64,000 nucleotides of DNA from assembly GCA_964016885.1 (NCBI GenBank), contig OZ024743.1, positions 190,092,001-190,156,000 on the forward strand. Direction: 5' to 3'. Of this stretch, positions 27,191 to 40,149 are shown piece by piece; positions within the stretch are counted from its first letter, which is position 1; every line of letters starts with the position of its first letter. The translations under genes and the position numbers were made by a program. The notes below the pieces were generated by a model that saw only the letters and a program-made list of their open reading frames with translations, was not told the DNA's origin and did not search any database. Source of the DNA: Eledone cirrhosa (Eukaryota).

Positions 27191-27699
27191 CTGTCTTCAA
27201 GGGAAAGGATTCAGTGATGTCCATTTCCGGCTATTGTTGTTGCAGCGGGTTATGCACATTTTTTTCTTATCGCCGCAGATTGTAGTTAGGTAAGTGAGTC
27301 TTACAGTTTCCTTGATGATTCTCGAAGACTAGAACAAGGCGGTTTTCTTTTGCGTTTCCAGAGTTTCATTTTACTCTAGTTTAGTCACAGTAACCAGTGT
27401 AGCTTGCTTTCTTTCTTTTAAACGTTCTGCGTGTTTTGCTGTGAATGTTCACTTGGAGGAATTTTCTCTTGGCACCGACTACAGGGTACAATTCAGGAAT
27501 CATTTTGTTTGCATGTTGTATCATTTCCATTGTGACAAAATCTAAACATGGTATCCCTTTTGTTAATGCATCAAATATATTGTGAGACTAGCTTATAGAC
27601 AGAGGTGCCTTGTAATATTTGGGATCCTGTTTTCGTCCATTCTTGATTTTAAACAAACACTAATTTACAAGTACATATTTACAAAAAGTCGAGTAAATA

Positions 27700-30600
27700 T
27701 ATATAATAATAAATAAAGTAAACAATGTAATTCCCCAATAGGGGGGAGTACCTCCTAAGAGTGACTCAGGAACACCACCAATCGTAAACCACCCTACTCA
27801 CCAAGAGTATCCTAGGGCGTGCCCATCTCCTGTGCAAACCAGCCAGCCGAAAGCACACTTCGCGGACAGGTCTGTACAACAGAACTTCCGTGCCTATTGA
27901 TTTTATCGTGAACCGGTAGTGCGCCCCGGTGACACTGCCAAGCTAAGGATCTCTGCAAGTACTCCATAGTCCCTGACACGAAATACTTTCGGAACAGACT
28001 AGTCAGTTCTATTTCGTCAACGCCCAGAACCTCGCAGAGAACCTCGTTGCAGTTGCCCAGCATTAGTCCTCTTTAGAACACAAGTTGAATTTCTACTGTT
28101 CTCATTGTTCTAGTGGCAGACAACTGTGAGCATCTGGCAACATTCCAGATACCAGGCGCTCAGTCTCGGTCTTCTCTTGGCATATGATTGCAGCTCAGTC
28201 ACAGAGACGAGCTGCGAAAAGACTTGTCACACAAACGGTGACCACACATGTTCACCGAATAGGAGTATGCGCAAATGCCGTAGCCTCAGTGCATGTCTGT
28301 GCATCATCAGCCTCTGCATAGAGGGTTCTGGCTGCAATTGGACCGCCTCATTAATGGGCCCTGTCCTTTCCACAAGGAATTGAAGAGCATGCCTTCCAAA
28401 TTTGTGAGGCCTGAACGAAGGCAAGTTGCGAGGACAGGTGGTAATAGATGACTGAGGCTATGCACACGTTCGCCACCTCCGCCTGACCTTTTAACAATAG
28501 CTTCCTATCGGTCCATTTCTGGGTAAGAATGGCCACCTCACTCGTTATCTCGTCCCAGTGGATCCAAACCAGATATCGAGCAACGTCACCTATCCGCCTA
28601 TCGTCAAACGACGCTGTTGAACGGCATGAATTTGCCTCTCCAGCTGCCGAGTTGCAAAGCCACCGATTTTAACGGATTGGTTGATCTTTCTCCGGTCAAC
28701 CTTTCATATTCCTCTTAGAAGTTGCCAACCGTTTCGAAAATACTTATATATATTCGTCGCAGTGACATCGTCGACGCAGCCATTCTACCTCCCGGTTCGA
28801 ACGGGATGTCCTATCACAACTGCAGTTTCCGCAGTAATGGCTCGAGAATTAATACGTACAGAAGGTAAAGAGAGAGCATCCTTGACTCACCAAACGCACG
28901 ATCTGAAACGGTTCCGATAGGTGGCCGTTGATTTAGATCACCGATCCGATTTCTCTGTGCATTTCAGTGATCCAGCCTCTGTTAATGAGACCGAAGCTGG
29001 CTACTTTGAGGACAGCGTCCAGGAATCAGTGGTCGAGCCTATCAAAAACTTTTGCTTGAATCAAATTGATCAGAGCCCAATAAAGCCAGGCTTACTCCCT
29101 ACCCTCTTTATAATATATCACATGATGTGGCTGTTTTCGTGTATGGAGCTGGTCGGTATTGCGCACGTCTGAACCTTCCTCACCAGGCTCTCGACGATAA
29201 AACGCCAACCTCGTCGCTAGCACCTTGGCCAAAATCTTAATCTTTTACAAGAGTTATGGGACGGGAATTGCAATGATGTACCTCATGTCCTCATCTTTCT
29301 TCATCAATGTTACTAAGCCCCACCTCACAGAACTGGGAAAACCTCTTTTTGTTCCTAGATGTAGTAGAAAGTTTCGTGAAGATCGTAAAGCTCATAGGGC
29401 AGATCATCCAAACCAGGCGATTTGCGTCTCGTACAGTTAGTCAGGGATTCCTGAATCTCGTCTGCTGTTATCAGCTTTTCAGAGCACTCTGCAGCTGCAC
29501 ACATCTGCTTGGAATTGACCAGTTCGCGCTCGTCTTGGTCCACCAAAGAGTGAATTGTGATTTTGTTGCCCTTTGCGCCTCTGCCACTTGGGCCCATCGA
29601 ACAGCTTTTATTCCATTGTTTCTTTGCTCTGATAATGCAACCTTCGTGTTTCGCTTTGAAGACATAATTGCCTCTTCCAATTTACCTACTAACGCACCCG
29701 AATTCTTATTACTTTTTCTAATGCTACTTCGTTACAAAAGGCTATTGATACTATTCTAATTTCTCTCTATAGAAGCACCCCACCACCTGGTGTTGACAAC
29801 TCCCCCTGTGAAACTTCGCTTAACTAAAGTTCTAATCCGGTTTCTGTAGGCTTTACGCACCGGGAACGATGCGTTAAGCTTCCAGTAACCAGGTCCCTGC
29901 CTACGTATTCTAGATCAGCCATGCCGATCATGAATTCGTGGTCTGAATAAGCGAAAGTTTGAAAATGTGGACACACTATGATATCCCTATCAGCTAACCT
30001 AATGAAAAATCTGTCTATATACGATTTAGATAACACTGTGCTGTGGATCCAGGTTCACATAGGCGTACTTGGGAAATCTAGTCGGTACCATTTAGAGAGT
30101 TGGAGCCGGCTTATCTGGTTTCTGAGGCTTTTGCACACCCTGCATATATCTGCTACTCCCACAAAATCCCAACGTGAATCCAAGATGCCGTTCCAGTCTC
30201 CCGCTAACACTGATAAAAGCGAGACGTTGCTAGTAAGCATTTTATACGCCTAAAAATATCCGGCCGCCCAGCCCCGGTCGGGGCGCAAACGATCACCAGT
30301 TTAAAAACAACACCTTTTATACTGTTCATGTTCAGGACAATCAATTTACAGCCCGGGTCCAAGAGGATCGTTCGTACCTCGATATTCAGACCTTTTCTAA
30401 ATAGTATTCCTACACCGCTTCCCATTCCAGGCCGACTAAGAGATGCAAATATCTCATACTCATGCAAAGTAGGGGCTAATGCGAGTCTGACTGAAACCTT
30501 GATGTCGTTTGGCAAGCGCCCCCAGGCCAGGAACATTTATAAATCCTACACTTATAGCAGCCATGTTAAGAGAGAAAAAATAGAGGGATCTACTTACGTT

Positions 30601-32560
30601 CTATGTGATTTTGTAGCTCGGCCGCTCGACCTCCTTTGGTGCGGTTTCTTTTGGGAACGCTTTTAAAGGCTTACTGGTATCTCTTCTATTAGGGGTCCCC
30701 TTGAAACATGGAAAGCTCTCCCCAGTGTCTTTGTAGGCACTCAGCGATACCAATACCATCATGAGAAATTCAATGCCTTTAAATAGCTAGTGCCAATAAT
30801 CTTCTGTTTCTACTCGATCTCTTTACTTCGAGCTATAAGAGTCATCAGTTCATTGTTGGCCTCTCTTACTACCACGAAATGTTATGTATGTGGTGTTGTT
30901 TGAAGTTGATATTGTGCTTCCTTCTTTTGGTTGTGATTGTTGTAGGGTTGATAGTGGTGTAGATGGTGGTTGTGTTGCCAGATTGGGTGCTGGTAGATGG
31001 GGTCTTGCTTCAGATGTGTTTGTGTTTTATGGAGTTGGTGTTGGTGTCTGAAAAGGAGTGTTATCTGACGTTTTGTGTAAATGCCTTTTAAAAAATTTTG
31101 GGGTATATTTTCCTTCTTCTCCTTCACTGGGAGAAGAGATGGTGCAAGTGCCCTATAATGGTGACGGTGCATGTATGTTTGTGGCTTTGTGTGTGTGTGT
31201 ATGTGTGTGTGTTAAGAGTGGGTGGAGAGAGTGAGAAGGAGATGGGGAAGGAGAGCTTTCTTTACGGATCCCTGGGAAATTTTGTTCGTGTTTGTTGTTG
31301 TGGTAGTGGTTCAATCGCTGCTGCTGGTGGTGGTGTGGGTGCCACAATTGCTGTTGTTCGTTGTTGTTGTTATGGCTGTTGAAGCCCTGATGTTGGCAGT
31401 AGGATGGGGTTGTAATTCTCTGCTATGTATTAAGGACAGAAAAATCTCATGTGGCCCGTCTGACTACAATAATGGCAGCGAAACCTCTACCCTTCAATAC
31501 CGATGTAGAGTTCTACTCCATCTGACAAGCTATCTTCTCGATCTTTTCGGGTCCGATGCGAAGGAATATCCCTACACTTATCCAGACAAGTTTCTTCTTT
31601 TAGTCTCCTCCACCCCGAGGAGGGTGTCTCTCTCCTCAAGGATCACGCAGGCCAAGAGACATCTAGGGATTCCTGCAATTCTGACTTTTGCAGTCCTTCT
31701 TCATAGGTACACCAGACAGAGTATAACTTTGTGTGTCCAGCAGGGGATCACAGGTCTTTTACGACCAGGTCTTCACTCACGAAGAGCACCAAAAATGTAC
31801 CAAACTGCCTGGCTCTAGCAATGTGTTGGATGTCTGATATGATTTTCAGTGCTCTTTCAACCCATGATGTGGTACTGGTTCTGGCCGTCTATGTTATATC
31901 AAAATGGATTTATAGGTGAGAGTCATTTTGGCAGTTGCTACCGGACAGCCGTATCGGCCTTAGTTTTATCCAATTTTGACAGGATTGGTTGCTTGTGCCA
32001 AATAGGTGCCTTTGTTCAAAAGATCTAAATTGGAAATTTGGATAGATTTATTAACCGTTCCAGCGAAAGTTTCGTTGTTGGTGTTCTTTTTTGTTGTTCT
32101 TTTTGTTGTTATTGTTGCCATTTGTGTTTTCGTTGTTGTCTGTGTTACAATTATTTTTGGTGTTTGCTTGTTATATTTGTTGTGGTATTATTGTTGGTGG
32201 TGGTAGAGGCAGTGTTATTGCTAGTATTGTTGTTGCATTTTGTCGTTATTTACTTCTTGTTTTTTGTTCTTGTGATGGAGGTGGTGGTATTGAAATGTTT
32301 AGTAGCGGGAAATTTGATTCATAGTTTTCTTGTACTGTGTTGTTGATGGTGCCCCTTCCGCTGCTGTTGCAGTCCCTGAGTTTTGCAATTTTGCCTTTCC
32401 ATGCTGTATATTGCCGGCTCTTCCTTTCAACAGACGTACACTCCTCCTCCGCCATTTAAAAACGAAACACTGAGTGGTGTGTTATATAAAGAAACGCGGT
32501 TTAGCCCCTACAGGCCACATGTCGCGCTAAATTAACCAGCTCACGATGATACTGGTTAGT
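27700..32560 (-). mobile_element. Old near-full-length Tx1 LINE (decayed ORF1 ~32455-30594, ORF2 from 30564)
   Basis: Fragments LAGDWNGILD, AYSDHEF, KSPGLDDLPYE, RSLAWQCHRGALPV; ORF1 ETFAGTV motif; 3'UTR hairpin at ~27731. Confidence 0.85.
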
Positions 32561-32658
32561 TTACCTACAAAACAGTCACAATATTTCAATACAATAGATT
32601 GAATAACAGTATAGAAATATTACAAACTTACGGAGCAATTTATGACACAGTGTCGAAA

Positions 32659-32659
32659 C

Positions 32660-32703
<44 letters not shown>

Positions 32704-32707
32704 TAAT
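32659..32707. repeat. (AAT)n at Tx1 copy 3 3' junction
   Basis: Direct reading. Confidence 0.95.
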
Positions 32708-32949
32708 GTTTTCTTTATTAACCACAAGGGTTTACATAAAGTAGACATTAAGGACAGTACAGGACAATACAGGACGGTACAAATGGGCATTTCTGCGTGT
32801 AAAAAAAACAGAGGATGAAATAAAATAACAAAGAAAAATTCCCCAATAGGGGGGAGACTTCCGAGGGACATTTGTGGAGAAAGCCCATTAAAAGACCACA
32901 GTGGCCCTGACCACCAGGGCAAGGTGCCCTCTCCCAGTTTTCCACCTTT

Positions 32950-35900
32950 AATTTACAGACACATACTCAGAGAAGGCCCATTCATTCGGGCCATACTTGT
33001 TTCTCTCACCCATCTTTCAAAAAAAGCTGGGAAGAGAGCCATTCCCTCTCTACCCTGATTTTCCTTTTCAGATGAAATTTGAAAAAGTTAATCAGGGCAT
33101 CACCGAAGAGGTAAGTGCTCGTCTTCAGCCCTTTCAAACGTGTCCACCATACTATCTCTTTCGCCATGGCCACCAGACAGATAAAAAAAAGCCTGCCCTT
33201 CCCGGCTAAAGGAAGAGGGCGGGGCAATCCTCACGATGGACTCAGCTGATAGCTGGATCCGTCCTACACGTGACAGCAGGTGTTCGACATAAACCCACAA
33301 GTCAGCAATGCTCGGACACTGGACGAGTGCGTGCAGGACGGTTTCGTCGCCCTGTGCGCATCTCGGACATGCCCGGCTGACGGCACCTCCGTGCCTGTAG
33401 AGTTTATCCCGAACTGGCAAAGCTCCCCGGTAGCACTGCCAGGACAGGGATTTCTGGAAGTTGTCCATAGGCCCCGGCCCGAAAGTCCTTCTGAAGAGAT
33501 TGGCTAGTTGATTTTCGTCGACGCCTAGAGTTTCTCCAAGTACGTCGTCGCTCTTCCCCTCCACTAATCCCCTATAGAACGCCAAGGTGGAGTTTCCACC
33601 GATCACATTGCCCGATTGGTCGAGGGCTGTGAGCGCCTGAAGACATTCCAGTCTCCAAGCGCTCCCTCTCGGTCTTCGCTTGACCCAGGACTGCAGCTCC
33701 GTCAAGGAGACGAGCAGGGGAAAAACGTGTCTAGCAAACGGCGACCACAACTGATCACCGTAGAGGAAGAGGTGGAGATGTCGTAGCCTGAGCGCGTGTC
33801 TGCGCATCATCAACCACGCATTGCCCAGCCCTACACGTAGCGGGTGTTGACAGCAGATGGACCGCCTGACCATCGGAGCGTGTCCCTTCCACAAGAAGCG
33901 AAAGAGCAAACGCTCCAGCGCAGTCAGGCGGGGCTTAGGACAAGGTACGACGGTCAGGCGGTAGTAGATGACGGACGCGATGTACGCGTTAGCCACCTCC
34001 GCTCGACCTTTCAGGGATAGCTTCCTCTCGGCACATTTCTGGGTGAGAGAAGCCACCCTGCTCGTCACCTCGTCCCAGTTTTTGTCCGTCTGGTGGGCCG
34101 GACCGAACCAGACCACTAGCAATTTAACCGGTCCGTCCGTCCAGTGCCCGACGACGCTGTTGGACGGCATGTACCTGCCTCTCCAGGTGCCGAGCTGCAG
34201 GCCCACTGACTTTTCCTGGTTGATCATTGCTCCTGTCACCGCATCGTATTCTCTTAGTGTAGTGTCGATCGCCTCGATGTGTTTGGCGTTCGACACCACT
34301 ACGGTGACATCGTCGGCATATGCTGACACGGATCTTCCGCATCCTAGTTCGCGCGGGACCCCCTCAACGTCTGCAGTTTGTGCAGTAATGGCTCGAGAGT
34401 CAATACGTACAAGAGGGACGAGAGGGGACATCCTTGGCGGACCGAGCGCATGATGTTGAACGGTTCCGAAAGGTGACCGTTCACTCTCACTACAGAGCAG
34501 ATGTCGCTGTGCATGGCAGCGATCCAGCCTCTGAAGACGGGCCCAAAGCCAGCCGCCCTCAGGACTGCCGCTAGGTAACGATGGTCGACCCTATCGAAAG
34601 CTTTCGACTGATCTAAATTGATCAAAGACCCACCCGTGCCAGGTTCCCTAGCTACCCTCTCTACGATGTATCGCATGGGGTGGAGGTTGTCGTGGATGGG
34701 TCTGTCGGGAATGGCGCATGTCTGTGCCTCTCCCACCAGACCACCAACGACAAGCGCCAACCTCTTTGCTAGCACCTTGGCCAAAATCTTGAACTCTGTG
34801 TTTAGCAGAGTTATGGGCCTAAAATTATCTATGTTATCCCCCTTGTTCGGATCCTTTCTCAGCAGCGCCACCGCTCCTCGGCTCACAGAGCTGGGAATTC
34901 TCTCGTTCTGTTGCCAGTTGCAGTAGACGTCCGCCAAGAGCCCTCCGAACAAGTCTGGCATTTGTACGTAAAGTTCATAGGGCAGACCATCCAAACCAGG
35001 CGATTTACCCCTTGTGCAGCCAGTCATTGCGTCCCGTACTTCAGCGGTTGTTATCGGCTTTTCGCAACACTCCGCCTCAGTGGCCGAAAGCCGCGGCAGT
35101 CCGTCGAGGTAGACACTAAAGTCCATCCCTCGATCCGGCCCGCCACTGCCCCCGAACAGTTGAGCGAAGTGTCGCTGAAAAGCTTCACACATTTTCCCGG
35201 GATCGAGTAGCATGCGCCCGTCGTGGTCCACCAAAGACCGGATCGTGGCTTTGTTGCCACGACGCGCCTCCGCCACTCGGGCCCATTGAACGGCTTTCGT
35301 CCCCTCGTGTCTGAGAGCACGCACCCTAGCTCTGACAACGCAGCCTTCGTGCTTTGCATTGAAGAATTGGTCAAGGGCCAATTTCGCCGCAAGTACGTCA
35401 GTTGCGATGCCTTTGCACAGCGCCTCGTCTAATTTTCTAACTAATTCTCCCTCTGCTCTATTTTTCTGTATTGCTAAAGCCTTACTAAACCTAATGGACT
35501 CTATTCTAATTGCTCTTTTCAGAAGAAACCACCACTTGTTGTTGACGATGGCCCCCGTCAACGCCCGCTTAACTAGTTCGCGAATCCGGTCTCTGTAGGC
35601 CTTACGTGCTGGTAAGGAAGCGTTTAGTTTCCAGTAGCCGGGTCCTCGTCTATGAAGCCTATCTAAGTCAAGCACACAGATCACGAATTTGTGGTCCGTG
35701 TAGCTGACTATCTTGAATTGTGGACAGCCTATGCTAGACCTATCTATTTCCCTACAAAATACTCTATGATCTGGATGACCCTATGCGATTTGTCCAAGTC
35801 CACACTGGTACATTCGGGAAATCCATTCGGTACCTGTCAGACAGTTCAAAACGCCTGAGCAGGTTGGTGAGGCTCTTGCACCCTCCACCCCTATCCGCTA

Positions 35901-36362
35901 ATCCCACACAGTCCCAGCGTGCATCTAAGATCCCGTTCCAGTCGCCCACTAACACTAAAGAGCGGGACGTTCCAAGAAAGGTCTCCAGATGCCGGAAGAA
36001 ATCAGGCCGCCCTGCTCCTGTCGGGGCATAGACGGCCACTAGCCTGAAAGCTTGCCCGTCTCCGCTGGTCACGTCCAGCACCACCAGCTTACCCTCTGGG
36101 TCCAGGAAGATGGCCCGTATGGCGAGATCCAAACCTCTCCGAAAAAGCACAGCAACTCCTCCCCCGATCCAGGACGGCTGGGAGATGCGTACACATCGTA
36201 GCCGCCGAAGATCGGTGCGAAGGCCCGTGCTTCGGAGATTCTGGTCTCGCTGATGGCCACTACATCTATGTTTAGTGACCTGAGGTCGTTGAGCAGGTGA
36301 CCCTGCTTCCATGACGACCCCAAGCCACGCGCATTTATGCTGCCTATTCTGAGTGAGGTCAT
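32950..36362 (-). pseudogene. Tx1 ORF2 (APE endonuclease + reverse transcriptase), several lesions
   Basis: MTSLRIGSINARG, DVVAISET, VYAP, GDWN, GYWKLN, KAFDRVDH, QGCPLS, YADD; split over ORFs 36069-36362, 35764-36312, 34344-35684, 33100-34431, 33006-33227. Confidence 0.92.
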
Positions 36363-36397
36363 GTTTAAAATAGAGTGGAAAAGATGGGAAAGACCAC

Positions 36398-38496
36398 TTA
36401 CCGTACTTTTGGTAGATGAGGGATGGTTTTTACATCCCTTTACACTTGATCGTCTGGTGAAGGGACCGTTGAATCGTCCCTTCGGCTGGTCGTCGGCTCT
36501 TCTAAGAGAATGTCTGAATATACTCTTCGATTGATAGTTCCTTCTAGGTCCCTGAAATCACCAACTGCGTTGGGGAATTTCGTTTTAATGTTTGTGTATT
36601 GTTTCTGCGCTATTTTTAGCAGTCTTATGTTAGTTGGCGTTTTGATTGGTGCTGGTATTATGTAGTCGTGTTGTGAAATGTCTGTGTGTTCAATTATGTA
36701 AGTTATTAATTTCTTGTTGTGTGTATTTATTGCCGTGCATTTGTTTTTCTGGGGGTGGGGTGTGTTTCTGCTATTTTCTTGTCGTTGTTGCTGGGTGTGT
36801 GTGTTTTGTTGTTTTGTTTGCGATGTTGGTGCTTGTGGTGGTGGTGTTGAAGGTGTTGGCGGTGGGGTTGTCGCAGGTGGTGATGGTGGTGCTAGTGTGG
36901 GTGGTGATGGTGTTGGTCGTGTTGCTGCTGTGGGTCTCTTTGCAGTAGACTTACCCTTTTCTCATTTCTTTCCTCCCTTTTCAAAGGCAACGATGCGCTG
37001 CTTCTGCGTTTGTGCCTTCTTACGACCTTTTGCCATCCCTCTCCCACCTCACACTCCATGTCTGATTCTGTGAGGTCGGGGAGGGGTACCAGCTCCACTC
37101 TTTCACTTGTTGTTGTTGGTGATGTTTGCACTGGAGTCTCTGTTGCAGCTGCATTTGGTATTGCTGTTGTTGTTGTTAATATTTCCACTGCTGCTGCTGT
37201 TTTTGATTTCCGTGGCGTGGGTATGGGTGCCACGGACCTACCGTTCCTGGTTGCCGCTTGTCCTGTTGCTGGTAGCCGTGGAGCCGGTTTCGGAAGGAGG
37301 GGGGTTTTCTCCTTTCTCAGGGTCTTCTCGTTGCAGAAGGCCCTGAGGTTAGTCTTCGATCCACAGCGAAAGCATTTCGGGCGTTTGCCCTCAACACTTA
37401 TGGGCAGTTGAGTGCCGTTATCGAAGTCTATCACATCCGGGATAGCTTCGATGCACTCCTGGTTGGTTTGGATTAGCATCTCAATGGAGGTGCCGACCCA
37501 ATCTTCTCTTACTTTTTTCTGTACTTGCAGTACAGTTGTTTTGTCCTCGATTCCGACGAGGACAGACGCGGCCAGCCAAGAAGGGGCCATTCCGGGGGGG
37601 ACGTGGGTCAGTTTGACCCTCACAATTTTTTGCCCGCAGTAGGAGGGCACCAACATCATTTCATCGCTCCTTAGGGTCACTACGGATTGGGCTTTTGCCT
37701 CCTGGGGTGTGGCAAAAAGTACGTCTACGGTGGCATATTTTTTGCCTCGGGTGATGTGCGTTTTCCGCTGCCACACAGACCCCAAGGCTTTTTGTATTTG
37801 GGCCTCTGTGGCTCTTTCCACCCTACGGGATTGTGTACTTACTGTACGGTACGTGACCGTACAGTGCTCTTGGGTTTCGAAAAATTTTTCCGCTGCCTTG
37901 CAGATTGCTCGGTGTACATTCTTTGTCACCATCTTCTTCGCTTCCTCTAATTCCTCATTTGTTATGAGGATTATTTCCAAGTTTTTCGCAATACCTGCAA
38001 ATGAGATTGGTTTTTCTTTGCTGCTGTTGTTGTTGTTGTCGTCAGAGCTGCTGTTACTTTTGTTGTTGCTGCAGGTACTACGACTACTGCCTTCGCCGCT
38101 GTTGCTGTGGTTGTTGTTGGTGTTGCTGCTGCTAATGCTGTTGTTGTTTATGCTGCTGGTGATGCTGTTGCGGCTGCTACTGTTGTTTTCATTGTCACTG
38201 TTGCTGTTGTTATTACGGCTGCTACTGCTATTATTCCTGACGTCAGACGAATGAACTGGGTTTTCGTATTTCCCGCACACCTGTTTCGTCGCTGTCGTCG
38301 TCGTCGTGGAGAAACCTTGCACGCTTTGCACGAGACTTTTCTTTTCTTTCGTCGCTTGCGAAAGAGAAGGGAGGGAGAGAGACACATTTAAAGAAGGGAG
38401 GGAGAGAGACAATCTTCTCTCTGCTGTAGTGATGATTGAGGAAGAAGAAGACGGAATGAGTGGGAGTGACCTATGCAAATTCTTTTTCGTAGCCAT
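36398..38496 (-). pseudogene. Tx1 ORF1 (nucleic-acid-binding protein), frameshifted near 36950
   Basis: 534-aa ORF 38496-36892: N/S-rich N-terminus, ISFAGIAK, zinc knuckle CFRCGSKTNLRAFC, GWQKVVRR; downstream frame KFPNAVGD. Confidence 0.85.
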
Positions 38497-38712
38497 ATTG
38501 ATTTTTTTGTTTAAAATAAATATTGGGTATAAAACCCCAATAAGCAGTTATTTAACCCCGAAGGGCCAAATAACGGACAGAAAGACCCCTCTCACGAGGA
38601 GGAGGGTGTTTTTGTCTACAAGTTGGTCTAAGTTTTAAACAATTTACAATTGTTATAGCGTTCAAAATTTACAGTACCTTACAGAGCCGAGCCTCCGTCA
38701 ACCATAGCATTC

Positions 38713-38743
<31 letters not shown>

Positions 38744-38751
38744 GTAATAAT

Positions 38752-38939
38752 AATTGTTTCTACTTTAGGCACAAGGCCAGCAAGTAACCAGTGCATTACT
38801 GGTACTTTATTTTATCGACCCCGTAAGGATGAAAGGCAAAGTCAACCTCGGCGGGATTTGAACTCAGATCGTAAAGGGACGTAACTATGCTGGAAAGCAT
38901 GGCGTCCGACCCTCTACCGATACTGCCAATCCACCGCCC
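38752..38939 (-). mobile_element. SINE family A inside (AAT)n
   Basis: Full-length copy with (AAT)n on both flanks. Confidence 0.92.
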
Positions 38940-38956
38940 TAATAATAATAATAATA

Positions 38957-39348
38957 TAGACAAGAATGTGTCTATAAAAACATTTGAAAAATTGAGCAAG
39001 TATAAGGACCTGGAGATATAAATTGGAAAAATGTGGAAATTGAGAACTAAAACAATACCAGTGGTTGTAGGCGCTCTTGGAATGACACCTAAGGGGTCTA
39101 ATGATTACTTATCGCAAATCCCAGGAAACCCGCGTATAGGAGAAATACAAAATATAGTACTAATGGGAACTGCCCATATACTAAGGAAGATTCTGTCAAT
39201 ATAAGTACATCACAAGTCTAAACACTAAAGATGCATGTGTGAGTATGTATGTTCTTTTTTGAACATGGCGGACCTTGTTGTCTCTTGAGGTCACTGGTTG
39301 TGACTTGGTGATAACTCGTATGAACGTAAAGCAAGATAAATGCAACTG
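38957..39348 (+). mobile_element. Dong/R4-clade LINE 3' fragment (end of RLE domain)
   Basis: Translates EKLSKYKDLEI*IGKMWKLRTKTIPVVVGALG...GTAHILRKILSI*; followed by (TAA)n. Confidence 0.8.
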
Positions 39349-39376
39349 TAATAATAATAATAATAATAATAATAAT

Positions 39377-40022
39377 ATGTGGAGAGAGAGAGAGAGGAGA
39401 CTGTGGCTCACATTGTATCCGAGTGTAAACACCTTTCCCAGACTGACTATAAAGGCTGGAGACATGATGTGATGGGCAGGGTGATACACTGGCACCTATG
39501 CAAAGTAAACGATTTCCCACATTCTGAGAAGTGGTATGAGCATAAGCCAGAGTCGGTGATGGAAAAAGATCAGGTGAAGATGCTGTGGGATTTTAGGATA
39601 CAGACGGACAAGAAACTGGAATACAATAGACCTGATGTGGTTTTTTTGGACAAGGGAAAAAGATCGTGCCTGATTGTGGATGTAGCCTGCCCATTCGACA
39701 CGAGAGTGTAAGAGAAGGAGAGGGAGCAAATTAACCGATACCAGGACTTAAAGTGGGAGGTAAAAAGGATTTGGAACTGTCATGAGGTCAAAGTTGTCCC
39801 GACAGTCATAGGCGCAGTAAGTACTATCTCAAAGAGTCTCCAAAAATGGTTAAAGAAAATTTAGTCCCGCCTCGCTTTTTGGAACACTTCAAAAGGCATG
39901 CTTGTTGGGAACAGCAAGAACCCTCCGATACGTCCTGAATATTTGAGGCTGCAGGTAGTGGCTTGATATACATTTCAACAAACATTCCAGTTAAATAACA
40001 TCAATGACTGAGACTCAAGGAA
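39377..40022 (+). mobile_element. Dong/R4-clade LINE 3' fragment (CCHC + restriction-like endonuclease)
   Basis: ETVAHIVSEC, RHD, WYEHKP, LWDFRIQTD, NRPDVV, IVDVACPFD; flanked by (AAT)n. Confidence 0.88.
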
Positions 40023-40079
40023 CAATAATAATAATAATAATAATATTAATAATAATGATGGTGATGATGATGATGATGA

Positions 40080-40112
<33 letters not shown>

Positions 40113-40149
40113 TGATCATGATGATGATGATGATTATGATAATAATAAT
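40023..40149. repeat. Compound microsatellite (AAT)n(GAT)n(GAC)n(GAT)n
   Basis: Direct reading. Confidence 0.95.

Larger units (their letters stand above)
32708..38712 (-). mobile_element. Full-length Tx1/L1-clade LINE (~6.0 kb), (AAT)n on both sides
   Basis: 5'UTR, ORF1, APE endonuclease, RT, C-terminal zinc finger and 3'UTR all present; same subfamily as copies 1 and 2. Confidence 0.95.

Noticed and set aside
32708-38712. Active autonomous LINE
   Set aside because: Full length, but ORF1 and ORF2 carry several frameshifts and a stop at 35764.
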